DNA from: Christensenellales bacterium | GTDB taxonomy: Bacteria; Bacillota; Clostridia; Christensenellales; UBA3700 | Direction: 5' to 3' | NCBI GenBank assembly: GCA_051883395.1 | Contig: JBJETQ010000002.1 | Coordinates: forward strand, 16,456 to 80,455 | Length of the DNA: 64,000 bases | Shown: piece by piece, positions 53,116 through 62,104 of the stretch | Position numbering within the stretch: the stretch's first letter is position 1 | Layout: the number at the start of each line of letters is the position of its first letter | Program-made: the position numbers and the translations under genes | The notes under the pieces: model-generated | The model's database searches: none | What the model was told of the DNA's origin: nothing | Seen by the model: the letters and a program-made list of their open reading frames with translations, nothing else

Positions 53116-54480
53116 TCAAAATCCGTCGAATACGCCGTCAGATTTGTCGTTTTTGTCTGTGCCGTTGTTGCCACTATCGTCAGGAGTATCAAAACCGAAT
53201 ACGTCGATAGGCTTTTGTGGCTCGGCTACCTTTTTCATGGCAAGATATTTGTCCTTGTCGTCGTTGACAAGCTTGCGCACTTTGAGCATTATCAACAATA
53301 GAGCAACCAGTATTATCATCTTAGGCGCTACCGTCAGTACGCTGTTGGTAACGCTTGACTGTGCAAGACGGGACGGCATCTGTTCCTTGGAATTTTGCAA
53401 AGCCTGAACAAGCGTGTCGCCTTCCTGAGTCAACGCAAGATATACTACGTTGATTATGCTGTCAAAACTACTCTTTATCTTTTCTTCTCCCACTCGCTCT
53501 ACCATGTTGGCAAAGGTATCGGCAGGAGTTTGCAACAAACTTTCCTTGCCGTCCATCTCCACTCTGCCGGAGTTGCCCGTTTTGTCCCAGTTGAAACTGG
53601 TAATGGTCAACGTAGGCACTCCTTCGTTCATCAGATACATATTGTTGCTGAGCATTCCCACGTGAAAATAGTTGTACAGTCCGTTGTCAAAAAGACTTGC
53701 CTGACCGACTTTTTTATCTTTTGGCACCGACTTGAAATCGAGCGAATTGACCTTGGCAAGCTCGTCGAAAAAGCTGCCGTAGTCGGTCGATTTGTCTATG
53801 GTATAGAGATAGTTGTAATCTCCGCCGATGATATTGGATATGTCGATTGACAGCAATATATCCTTCTTGTATTGCTCGCTCATATCTTTTACCATTTGTT
53901 CGGCTCCGTTGTAGTTGACAGTTGAACAACCCAAAAAGGCTATGGTAATATCGAAATCAAACTCGTGCTGGCTGAGCAATCTGCTGATGACCAGCAAAGC
54001 CGCAATGCTTGCTCCGCTCTCGTACGAGCCGTCCGCACCCGTGGATATGCCTGAGTAAGAATAGCGGTTGTCGTATTGAGCCGTCAGCAAAATTCTTTCC
54101 TTACTCTCCGATTGGGCGGGCTTGTCAAATATTACGTTGTAACTGCTGCCCGAATACACTCTGTCAGAACCGTCAAGATAATAGTTGAAGCGCTGAATAC
54201 CTGCAACCGAATTGCTCTCCACGTCCTTAGGCGTATACCCCCAGTCGCTAAGTTTTTGTGCAAGATATTTTGCAAATTCCAAGTCATTGCCTGTATCGGC
54301 AGACCTGTCTGCATATCCGGGAGTTGCAAACAGTTCCAGATATTGGTAGGCTTCTTCTCCCACGCTTACCGTCTGTCCCTGCGTCAGGTCAAACGAAACG
54401 GCGCTGCAACCGACGGCGCAGAACGCCACGACGGCAACGATAAGCGATATAACTGTAATCATAAGTCTTGTTTTATTCAT
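53116..54480 (-). CDS. Lipoprotein with a degenerate M28-peptidase-like domain and a C-terminal TM helix (putative)
   Basis: MNKTRLMITVISLIVAVVAFCAVGCS is a lipobox-like signal. LTAQYDNRY...GADGSYESGASIAALLVISRLL resembles M28 (HxD...GAxDnxSG) with the ligand positions substituted. The start at 54480 is preceded by AGGTGG. Confidence 0.45.
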   Translation of the reverse strand: MNKTRLMITVISLIVAVVAFCAVGCSAVSFDLTQGQTVSVGEEAYQYLELFATPGYADRSADTGNDLEFAKYLAQKLSDWGYTPKDVESNSVAGIQRFNYYLDGSDRVYSGSSYNVIFDKPAQSESKERILLTAQYDNRYSYSGISTGADGSYESGASIAALLVISRLLSQHEFDFDITIAFLGCSTVNYNGAEQMVKDMSEQYKKDILLSIDISNIIGGDYNYLYTIDKSTDYGSFFDELAKVNSLDFKSVPKDKKVGQASLFDNGLYNYFHVGMLSNNMYLMNEGVPTLTITSFNWDKTGNSGRVEMDGKESLLQTPADTFANMVERVGEEKIKSSFDSIINVVYLALTQEGDTLVQALQNSKEQMPSRLAQSSVTNSVLTVAPKMIILVALLLIMLKVRKLVNDDKDKYLAMKKVAEPQKPIDVFGFDTPDDSGNNGTDKNDKSDGVFDGF

Positions 54481-54487
54481 ACGCCAC

Positions 54488-55030
54488 CTACACAAATATA
54501 ACGACGAGTATTATTGGAAAAAGCGTCGAACTGAATACGAAAGGCATCATATCCTTGCCGTGTTTTTTGTATAAAAGCCAATACATAACGCCAAAAACGC
54601 CAAGTTTGCAAATAAGACTTACAAGCGGACTTCCTACGCTACGAGCCAACGGATAATACGTCCATATTATCTCAGCCACTCCCAAAACAATGGCAATGAT
54701 TATGGCGCATATCTCCACCAGCCTTACGTGCCAGTCGGAGTCGAATTGTCTGCCGAAAAAGTCAAGATTATGTCCCAACGAGCGCAATACGGAGCGTTCG
54801 AGAAACATATATATCGCATAGAAAATTGCCGCCGATAACAAAGGCATCACTACGGAAAACAACATCGTTGCGTACGATGAAGATACCAGACTGAGCAGTT
54901 GTTGTCCTTCTGACGTGTATGGCAAAATATTGCTGAAAGAACGTATGCTCCACCAGGAAGAAAACACAAGACTCAAAGCCAAAATAACTTTGAGCAAGGC
55001 ATTGATCGTTTTGTTTTTGTCTACCGCCAT
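54488..55030 (-). CDS. Hypothetical polytopic membrane protein
   Basis: 180 aa with 4-5 hydrophobic helices. It is tightly packed between holA and the lipoprotein gene. Confidence 0.55.
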   Translation of the reverse strand: MAVDKNKTINALLKVILALSLVFSSWWSIRSFSNILPYTSEGQQLLSLVSSSYATMLFSVVMPLLSAAIFYAIYMFLERSVLRSLGHNLDFFGRQFDSDWHVRLVEICAIIIAIVLGVAEIIWTYYPLARSVGSPLVSLICKLGVFGVMYWLLYKKHGKDMMPFVFSSTLFPIILVVIFV

Positions 55031-55031
55031 A

Positions 55032-56018
55032 TTAACTCCTTTTTGCTATCAGTCGGGTTATTGCAATCGAAAGAGCCGACTCCTCCACAATTTGTCCGCT
55101 TTTAAATTTATATTCCAGCCGAGCCAGCTCGTCGACTATTTTTTTGAGATAAGGAACGTATCCTTGTTTTGCCGACTTGTTTTTGGCTATGATACTCTTG
55201 TTGACCTGCAAAGCCTTGTTGCTCATATCCAACGTCCTGCATATTATTTCGTCGTCGGCATTGGTATTGGAAATAAGAAAACTTTTGCGGAACGACGTCG
55301 TAATCACGTTGAGAAGCGCCGACGGTTTTTCGCCTTTTTTGAGAAGAAAGTCCCATATTTCCAATGCCTTCTGGCTATCTCCCCTTTGTACCGCATTGCT
55401 AAGCTCAAAAATTTTGGTTTCTACGTCGACGGGAGTAATACCTTCGACGTCTTCAACGGTGATTTTTCTCTCCTTCAAGCAGTACATGGTCAATTTGTCT
55501 GTTTCGTTGATGATTTTGCCCAGATCGCTGTCGCAAAATTCAACCAACTTATATATAGCGCTCTTGTCGGCAGTATATCCTTTTTTTGTCAATATTTCTC
55601 CCACGTAGGCGCAGAGTTCAGATTTCTCCGCCTTGTTGCAATTGACAAAAATAGCGTAATCTTTGATGCAATCGAATGTCTTGCCGCAATCTTTGAAAAC
55701 AAGTATACAATCTTCGTTAGGGTTTTCGGCATAGTCGGAAATATTTGCTCTTTCTCTGTCAGAGAGCGTCTTTTGATAGTCGCTGCAAACGATAATCTTT
55801 TTGCCACCGAACAGACTTACCATGTTGGCGTTGGCTAAAATTTCTCCCAAGTCAAAGTCGCCGTCATAACTGAAAACGCCGTCTTCCCTGTCGGCAGGTT
55901 CAAGAGTGTTTTTGAGCGCATTGATGACGTAAGTTTTGAGCATAGAATCGTTGCCGTCCAGAAAATAAATCGTTCCTGCGCCGTATTTGAGTTTTTCATC
56001 TATTTCAAATGCTCTCAT
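55032..56018 (-). CDS. holA: DNA polymerase III delta subunit
   Basis: 328 aa in the conserved comEC-holA order, with a delta-like N-domain (IYFLDGNDSMLKTYVINALK). Confidence 0.8.
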   Translation of the reverse strand: MRAFEIDEKLKYGAGTIYFLDGNDSMLKTYVINALKNTLEPADREDGVFSYDGDFDLGEILANANMVSLFGGKKIIVCSDYQKTLSDRERANISDYAENPNEDCILVFKDCGKTFDCIKDYAIFVNCNKAEKSELCAYVGEILTKKGYTADKSAIYKLVEFCDSDLGKIINETDKLTMYCLKERKITVEDVEGITPVDVETKIFELSNAVQRGDSQKALEIWDFLLKKGEKPSALLNVITTSFRKSFLISNTNADDEIICRTLDMSNKALQVNKSIIAKNKSAKQGYVPYLKKIVDELARLEYKFKSGQIVEESALSIAITRLIAKRS

Positions 56019-58142
56019 CTAACCAACAAAACCCCAAGTATAGTCTTTTATTATATTATCATTTTTTATGCGGAATGTAAATTGGGAAGACACATAATTT
56101 TTCATTCCTTTTACATATCCGTCTCCGCCTACGCAATATTGCCCGTCAGAAGCCACGTAATCGGACGGTGGATCGAGCAAAATTTGCGAGAAACCATCAT
56201 AAGTAGAAAGCGTAGTTGCCGTAATTCGTATTTGTCCTATACATATACTCGAAGTATATGGTTCTGAAACGTCAACGAACACGTCGCCGTAGTAACCGCA
56301 ACCTGACAGATTGACGTCATCTATCGCAAAAAAGGTTCCGTCGCCAAACAGATGAAGATTGTCGCATTGCCAGTATTGCATACAATAAGTAAGATAATTT
56401 GCATTCGAAGAAGTATAAGACGACGGCTGAGTAATTACGACGGCGTCAATGTTGTCCAGTCTTCTCAGACAATAATATTTGTCAACAAGTTCTCTGCCGT
56501 AACTGCTTAGCTGACCTTTGACGAGCAAAACGGCATAGCCGTCTTTGGTAGTAACCAGAGCATAAGCGTTGCTTCCGTCGTCAAAAGTATCTATTGTAGC
56601 CCGATAGCCCTTGGAGTCGACGACGTTGATAATGCTATTGATAAAACAGACCGCCGCCATAACGCTTATCAGGACAATTTTTGGTTTTTGTTCGGCAAGG
56701 CAATAGTCGGAGATGAAAAACAAAAACGCAAAGTACGGCGCAAAGACGTACCACGCCGACGAAAAGTCCAATATCAACGCCTGACACGCCGCACTCAACT
56801 TGACAAAAGAGATTATGCCGTTGAAAGCCAAGGCAACAAAGGACGCCAGCAATTTGAATGGTGCAAAAAATCCTGCCATAACCGTAAGAAGAAGCATGAC
56901 GGGAAACAATACGGAAATAATCGGAAGAACTACCAGATTTGCCACGATGCAGATAAGCGATATTTGTCCGAAATACATCATGGTAATCGGTAATAGTCCG
57001 ACGTTGACGGCAATAGTCAGAGCTAGCAGCGAACCTATGGTTTTGTTGATTTTGCACAGAAGTCTGCTCAATGGCGCATATAGAGTCATGATACCAACTA
57101 CCGCTCCGAAACTCATAAGAAAACCCAAATCGAACAGCCACAGCGGTCTTATGATAAGTAAAATCAATGCGCCGAGACTGACGGTGGACATAAAATCGTT
57201 GCGCCAGCCAAAAGATGTTGCCACAAGCCCGATAGCTATCATCAAGGTAGCTCTCAATGTGGACGGAGACCAGCCTGTAAGATAACAAAAAAATATCAAA
57301 AAACCGATACATATCGAAGATTTGAAAATTTTATGAATAGGAATTTTGGAGACAATCAACATTATTGCCGCAGCTATTATTCCTACGTGTAAACCCGACA
57401 CCGCAAACAGGTGCGCTGTACCTGTGGCACGAAACGAATTGACTATGTCCGCATCGAGAGAATTGCTGTTGCCAAAGGTCATTGAAAATATAAATTCCGC
57501 CGTGTCGCTATTGCAACAATTGTTGAGAGAAGATTTGAAAAACAGTTGTATCTTTTCGTAAAGTTTGAGATTGTTGGAAACGACGGATAAAGAACCGTCG
57601 CAATAATATGCTTTGTAGCGGAAGTCGTCGTTGAAACGGGACATCGAGTAGCTGTCGGTTATCGCCGCCCGGTATGGATAAACGTCTGCCGTAAGTTCGA
57701 CTCTGTCGCCTAAGTACAACTGTACGTCGGGCGGGAGTGTAAAGCGCAATAAGATTTTGCCTTGCTTTTCTGCCTCGCCGATGCTTACGTCTTCAAGTAC
57801 AAGCTGGCAATAATCGTCAAGAATTATTTTGCCGTCGGCGTCAAAATTGTTGTCTGTGCTTATCCTACCGCTTACTGCCAGTCCCTGACCTTCTATCGGC
57901 TGGCTCGTAGGATTGATGCAAAAGTACGTAATCGTCATTGAAAGACATATAGCCACGCACGACAGCGCCAGCAAGGTTCGCCGCTTGATTTTGGAATAAA
58001 AAATTGCCAGACACAACAGCATGAGAGCAATGACGGCGACAACCGCCACGGCAACCTTGCCGCCAAATCCGGCAATAAGTATCCCGGCAACGAATGCCAA
58101 CGTTATCGTTGGCAAAGGTCGTATGTTGAAAAGTTTTTTCAT
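56019..58142 (-). CDS. comEC: ComEC/Rec2 DNA internalisation channel protein
   Basis: 707 aa with the competence domain motif FRATGTAHLFAVSGLHVGI and many TM helices. In the C-terminal ~240 aa the metallo-beta-lactamase motifs are not recognisable. Confidence 0.85.
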   Translation of the reverse strand: MKKLFNIRPLPTITLAFVAGILIAGFGGKVAVAVVAVIALMLLCLAIFYSKIKRRTLLALSCVAICLSMTITYFCINPTSQPIEGQGLAVSGRISTDNNFDADGKIILDDYCQLVLEDVSIGEAEKQGKILLRFTLPPDVQLYLGDRVELTADVYPYRAAITDSYSMSRFNDDFRYKAYYCDGSLSVVSNNLKLYEKIQLFFKSSLNNCCNSDTAEFIFSMTFGNSNSLDADIVNSFRATGTAHLFAVSGLHVGIIAAAIMLIVSKIPIHKIFKSSICIGFLIFFCYLTGWSPSTLRATLMIAIGLVATSFGWRNDFMSTVSLGALILLIIRPLWLFDLGFLMSFGAVVGIMTLYAPLSRLLCKINKTIGSLLALTIAVNVGLLPITMMYFGQISLICIVANLVVLPIISVLFPVMLLLTVMAGFFAPFKLLASFVALAFNGIISFVKLSAACQALILDFSSAWYVFAPYFAFLFFISDYCLAEQKPKIVLISVMAAVCFINSIINVVDSKGYRATIDTFDDGSNAYALVTTKDGYAVLLVKGQLSSYGRELVDKYYCLRRLDNIDAVVITQPSSYTSSNANYLTYCMQYWQCDNLHLFGDGTFFAIDDVNLSGCGYYGDVFVDVSEPYTSSICIGQIRITATTLSTYDGFSQILLDPPSDYVASDGQYCVGGDGYVKGMKNYVSSQFTFRIKNDNIIKDYTWGFVG

Positions 58143-58163
58143 TGGTAACAGCCGATGAGTAAC

Positions 58164-58694
58164 TTATTTGCAAAATCTTTTGTTGTATTCTTCGATAGAA
58201 TCGAGAATTACCTTTCTGGCGTCGTCCTTATGGTACATTTCCAGCACCGTCATCGTCTTGCCTTCAAGCTGCTTGTAAACGCCGAAAAAGTGTTTGATTT
58301 CGCTGATGATGTGTGGTGGAAGTTCAGATATATCCTTGTAACAATTCCACGTTGGTTCTTTGAACGGAACGGCGATTATTTTGATATCTTCCCTGCCGTC
58401 GTCTATCATCGAAATATGTCCTATCGGATAGCATCTGACCAACGACAAAGGTGCGATTTTTTCTGAACAAAGCACCAGTACGTCAAGCGGGTCGCCGTCA
58501 TCGGCATAGGTGCGTGGTATAAAGCCATAGTTGGCAGGATAGTGAGTGGACGTGTATAACACTCTGTCCAAAATCAACATTCCCGTTTCCTTATCTACTT
58601 CGTATTTGTTTTTGCCGCCCTTTTCTATCTCGATGCAACACAAAAAATCGTCGGGTTGAACTCTTTCTGCCCTTATGTCATGCCATACGTTCAT
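58164..58694 (-). CDS. ppa: Inorganic pyrophosphatase, family I
   Basis: 176 aa with IEIEKGGKNKYEVDKETG, YPANYGFIPRTYADDGDPLDVLVL. Confidence 0.9.
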   Translation of the reverse strand: MNVWHDIRAERVQPDDFLCCIEIEKGGKNKYEVDKETGMLILDRVLYTSTHYPANYGFIPRTYADDGDPLDVLVLCSEKIAPLSLVRCYPIGHISMIDDGREDIKIIAVPFKEPTWNCYKDISELPPHIISEIKHFFGVYKQLEGKTMTVLEMYHKDDARKVILDSIEEYNKRFCK

Positions 58695-58805
58695 AATCTA
58701 CCTCCATACATCTCGATTATACAATATTTTACAAAATAAATCTATACCTTTGGCGACAAAAAACGCATAATAATAAAAATTAGTCAAAAAATTTGCTATA
58801 AATAA

Positions 58806-58834
58806 TTGATTTTGCCCTGTCGTTGTGATAATAT
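58806..58834 (+). promoter_or_regulatory. Promoter for the tRNA-Leu pair
   Basis: TTGATT-17 nt-TAATAT, ending about 14 nt before the mature tRNA 5' end. Confidence 0.5.
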
Positions 58835-58848
58835 TGTTATGCAAATAA

Positions 58849-58935
58849 GCCGAAGTGGTGGAATTGGCAGACGCGCCGGACTCAAAATCCGGTGATGGCG
58901 ACATCGTGCGGGTTCAAGTCCCGCCTTCGGCACCA
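58849..58935 (+). tRNA. tRNA-Leu (anticodon CAA)
   Basis: Cloverleaf read by eye: acceptor GCCGAAG/CTTCGGC, anticodon stem CCGGA/TCCGG with loop CTCAAAA, a long variable arm, T-loop GGTTCAAGTCC, and an encoded CCA. Confidence 0.9.
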
Positions 58936-58937
58936 CC

Positions 58938-58975
58938 ACAGGGAAGCACATTGCTATTGTACTTCCCTGTTTTAT
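58938..58975 (+). terminator. Terminator-like hairpin between the two tRNA genes
   Basis: ACAGGGAAG-(14 nt)-CTTCCCTGT followed by TTTTAT. Confidence 0.45.
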
Positions 58976-58985
58976 AAAGACATAC

Positions 58986-59074
58986 GCAGATGTGGCGGAA
59001 TTGGCAGACGCGCTAGATTCAGGTTCTAGTGAAAGCTTTTTTTCATATGGGTTCAAGTCCCTTCATCTGCACCA
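58986..59074 (+). tRNA. tRNA-Leu (anticodon CAG)
   Basis: Acceptor GCAGATG/CATCTGC, anticodon stem CTAGA/TCTAG with loop TTCAGGT, a long variable arm, T-loop TTCAAGT and an encoded CCA. There is one T-T mismatch in the T stem. Confidence 0.8.
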
Positions 59075-59082
59075 ACACCTTA

Positions 59083-59107
59083 AAACCCCCGAAAATGGGG
59101 GTTTTTG
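59083..59107 (+). terminator. Intrinsic terminator after the tRNA genes
   Basis: AAACCCCC-gaaaat-GGGGGTTT followed by TTGTATT. Confidence 0.75.
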
Positions 59108-59275
59108 TATTGAAATGAAATTTAACTGCCGACTTGTGACGTTGTTACTAAATACTGAGTAGTCTCATCTGTGGTGCAGATAAATATTGGTAAATTATAA
59201 GAAAAATATCTCCATATATTGCTTTTGAAAATCAACTATACTATAATGATTGTATTCCATTCGGGAGAGATATTT

Positions 59276-60031
59276 ATGCTTGACAAAATAGTGTTTCTGA
59301 CTGCGCTGGGAGTTGGCGGAGCTACCGTCATAGGCGCAGTTATCGGGCTGATATTCAAAAACATATCTCATAAATTTTCTGATATTGTGCTGGCGTTTGC
59401 TTCCGGAATTATGCTGTCGGCGGCGGTGCTGGGATTGATATTGCCTTCTTTGGAATACGGTGGCAAGTACGGAATTCTCATAACGCTGGCAGGAATATTT
59501 GCAGGCGCTATATGTCTCAACCTTATGGACAAGTTTATTCCGCACGTTCATAATGCCGAAGACCTGGCGGAAGACGAAGAACTAAGCACAAGACGCAAGG
59601 TAATGTTGTTTGTGCTTGCCATTGCCATACATAATCTGCCCGAAGGAATAGCCGCAGGAGTTGGCTTTGGCACGGGAGACCATACGCAAGCGCTGATGAT
59701 AGCCGGCGGTATTGCGTTGCAGAACATACCCGAAGGAATGATTGTCATTGGTCCGATGCTTGCCTGCGGAATGAGTCGCAAAAAGGCTTTTTTGTATGCC
59801 TTTTTGACGGGAGTGGTAGAGATTGTCGGCACTTTTATCGGTTACTTTGCCGTTTCTATCGCCACGGCTGTACTGCCTTTTGCGCTTGCCTTTGCAGGCG
59901 GCACGATGCTATACGTGGTGAGCGACGAGATGATACCCGAAACACACTCTCACGGACACGAGAGAGGGGCGACGTATGCCCTGTTGATTGGCTTTTGCAT
60001 AATGCTGGTTGCCGACGTATTGTTGGGATAG
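59276..60031 (+). CDS. ZIP family divalent-metal transporter (ZupT-like)
   Basis: HNLPEGIAAG and QNIPEGMIV motifs with about 8 TM helices. I prefer ATG 59276 (RBS GGGAGAGA) over the track start 59219. A TTGCTT-17 nt-TATAAT promoter lies at 59219-59247. Confidence 0.85.
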   Translation: MLDKIVFLTALGVGGATVIGAVIGLIFKNISHKFSDIVLAFASGIMLSAAVLGLILPSLEYGGKYGILITLAGIFAGAICLNLMDKFIPHVHNAEDLAEDEELSTRRKVMLFVLAIAIHNLPEGIAAGVGFGTGDHTQALMIAGGIALQNIPEGMIVIGPMLACGMSRKKAFLYAFLTGVVEIVGTFIGYFAVSIATAVLPFALAFAGGTMLYVVSDEMIPETHSHGHERGATYALLIGFCIMLVADVLLG

Positions 60032-60040
60032 GAGATGACT

Positions 60041-60781
60041 ATGAGTCTGCCAATACAAAGAATAATGACCAAGCTCGACGATTATCTGAGCAAAAACGAC
60101 TATCAATCTGCCGAAAAGCATCTGCTCTATTGGCTGAGCGAAGCAGGCGAACAGCCCGACGTGCTGTTTTTGCACAACGAATTGATTGGCTTGTATCGGA
60201 AAACAGGCAAAAAGCAACAGACCTTGGAACACGTAGATAAAGCCCTTGAACTGGTTGAAAAGTACGATAAATCGGAAATGATTGACGGAGCGACTACCTA
60301 TCTTAACTGCGCCACAGCCTACAAAGCTTTCGGTATGGCTCAATTGTCTGTTCCGCTATTTGAAAAGGCCAGGGTGATATACGAATCTCAGCTCTCCCCC
60401 GACGACCCGAGAATCGCAGGTTTGTACAACAATACAGCCTTGGCTCTGGTTGACTTGCAACAATTTGACCGGGCAGAACAATTATATCATAAGGCAATCG
60501 ACATTCTCAGCGACGCACCACGGGGAGCGTTGGACCAGGCAATCAGCTATCTCAACATAGCTACTATGTACGAGACCCAATACGGACTGGAAAAAGGCGA
60601 AGAAAAGATAAACGAATGTCTTGAAATTGCGTCTCAACTACTGGATAAACACAAGGAAGATAATGACGGATATTATGCCTTTGTGTGCGAAAAATGTGCG
60701 ACGGTATTTGGCTATTACGGCTGGGTAATATACGAAAAACAACTAGAAAAAAGGTATACTGCAATTTATGAAAGGGATTGA
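60041..60781 (+). CDS. Tetratricopeptide-repeat protein
   Basis: About 246 aa with repeated A-x3-Y/F...A helix pairs (TPR-like: ATAYKAFGM..., LYNNTALALVDLQQFDRAEQLYHKAIDI). I prefer the second ATG (60041) for its GGAG spacing. Confidence 0.65.
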   Translation: MSLPIQRIMTKLDDYLSKNDYQSAEKHLLYWLSEAGEQPDVLFLHNELIGLYRKTGKKQQTLEHVDKALELVEKYDKSEMIDGATTYLNCATAYKAFGMAQLSVPLFEKARVIYESQLSPDDPRIAGLYNNTALALVDLQQFDRAEQLYHKAIDILSDAPRGALDQAISYLNIATMYETQYGLEKGEEKINECLEIASQLLDKHKEDNDGYYAFVCEKCATVFGYYGWVIYEKQLEKRYTAIYERD

Positions 60782-61703
60782 ATTGGCAAGAAAATTCTAT
60801 ATGGAGTACGGAAAATCCATGCTGGCGCAAATGGACGACGATATTGTCTCAAAACTCTGCGTTGGTGTGGTAGGAAGCGGCTCGGAGTGTTACGGCTACG
60901 ACGACGAAGTGTCGCAGGACCACGATTTCGGACCCGGCTTTTGCATTTTTGTACCCGATGAACTCGATTCCAGACAAATATTTGCATTGGAAAGAGCTTA
61001 CTGCTCCCTTCCGAGAGAATTTGAAGGCTACAAGCGAAGCATAGTTTGCCCCGTGGGCGGCAACAGGCAGGGCGTATTGAAAATAAGCGAATTTCTTGCG
61101 CAAAAAATCGGCTTCGACAATGCCGATTTGACAATACAACAATGGTTCTACGCCCCCGAATACGGCTTGGCTGAATGTGTAAACGGGGAAATATTTGAAG
61201 ACAATTGCGGTCTTATGACCGACGTGAGAAACAAACTGCGATATTATCCCGACGACGTGAGAATAAAAAAGCTTGCCGGCAATCTGCTGATTATGGCTCA
61301 GGCAGGTCAATATAATTATTACAGATGCATCAAAAGAAAGGAAACGGGTGCGGCGCAACTTGCCGTTGCGGAGTTTGTAAAAAGCACAATGCAGACGGTG
61401 TTTTTGCTCAACAGGCGATATATGCCTTATTACAAATGGTCTTTCAGAGCAATGAAAGACTTGCCTGAACTGGCGTCGTTGAGCAAGCAGGCAGAATATC
61501 TGTTGTCAAGCCCCAACGACGAAGCCGAAACAATTAAAAAACAAGCCGTAATAGAACAAATATGTCGGGAAGTTTCGACGGAATTGCAGCGACAAGGACT
61601 TGGAGAAAAAGATTGCTATGAATTGGAAAGACAGGCATACGCCGTCAACGACAAAGTAAAAGACAACGTGATAAGAACAAAAAACGTGCTGTGGGCGATA
61701 TAA
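60768..61703 (+). CDS. DUF4037 (nucleotidyltransferase-like) domain protein
   Basis: 311 aa. N-terminus GIELARKFYMEYGKSML...VGVVGSGSECYGYDDEVSQDHDFGPGFCIFV matches the DUF4037 pattern as I recall it. Confidence 0.6.
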   Translation: MKGIELARKFYMEYGKSMLAQMDDDIVSKLCVGVVGSGSECYGYDDEVSQDHDFGPGFCIFVPDELDSRQIFALERAYCSLPREFEGYKRSIVCPVGGNRQGVLKISEFLAQKIGFDNADLTIQQWFYAPEYGLAECVNGEIFEDNCGLMTDVRNKLRYYPDDVRIKKLAGNLLIMAQAGQYNYYRCIKRKETGAAQLAVAEFVKSTMQTVFLLNRRYMPYYKWSFRAMKDLPELASLSKQAEYLLSSPNDEAETIKKQAVIEQICREVSTELQRQGLGEKDCYELERQAYAVNDKVKDNVIRTKNVLWAI

Positions 61704-61769
61704 AATGCCATAAGTGATGTACAATCTGACAATAAATAAATTTGACAGCGTCAAATAAAATACAAATTA

Positions 61770-61802
61770 AAAATACAGACTCTGAATGAGTCTGTATTTT
61801 AT
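61770..61802. terminator. Bidirectional intrinsic terminator
   Basis: AAAA-ATACAGACTC-tgaat-GAGTCTGTAT-TTTATT, between convergent genes. Confidence 0.85.
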
Positions 61803-61818
61803 TCTTGTATACGCTTGA

Positions 61819-62094
61819 TTATTCACTTATCTTATCGTCGGGCGGAGTGAGCGATTTGGCTTGTTTTTCTGCTCTCTTTGCGGCTTTTCTCTGCTCTTTT
61901 TCCGCCTTTGCGGCAGCCTTTTTTGCTGCTCTTTCGTCTGCGGTTGCGTTGCGATTGGCAATTACGTTGTCGGTGGCGTCGGAAATCTTTTGCAGAATGT
62001 AAACGGCAAGCATAATGATAATGATGGCGATAAATATTGCCAGCATACCCTTCCAGAATACGTCAAGTCCTTTCATAACGGTATCTTTGTCCAT
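61819..62094 (-). CDS. OadG-like small membrane subunit with a Lys/Ala-rich tail
   Basis: 91 aa with an N-terminal TM helix (MLAIFIAIIIIMLAVYIL), as in decarboxylase gamma subunits. It lies directly downstream of the beta subunit. Confidence 0.6.
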   Translation of the reverse strand: MDKDTVMKGLDVFWKGMLAIFIAIIIIMLAVYILQKISDATDNVIANRNATADERAAKKAAAKAEKEQRKAAKRAEKQAKSLTPPDDKISE

Positions 62095-62104
62095 ATTTTC
62101 CTCC

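Noticed and set aside
58698-59056. Two minus-strand ORFs of 68 and 86 aa
   Set aside because: They overlap the two tRNA-Leu genes and their promoter and terminator. The tRNA cloverleaves explain the sequence.
59219-59275. Zur box in the ZIP transporter promoter (AAATCA...TGATTG inverted repeat around the -10)
   Set aside because: Only the 5-bp outer arms match a Zur-like consensus and the inner sequence does not. This is too weak to call.
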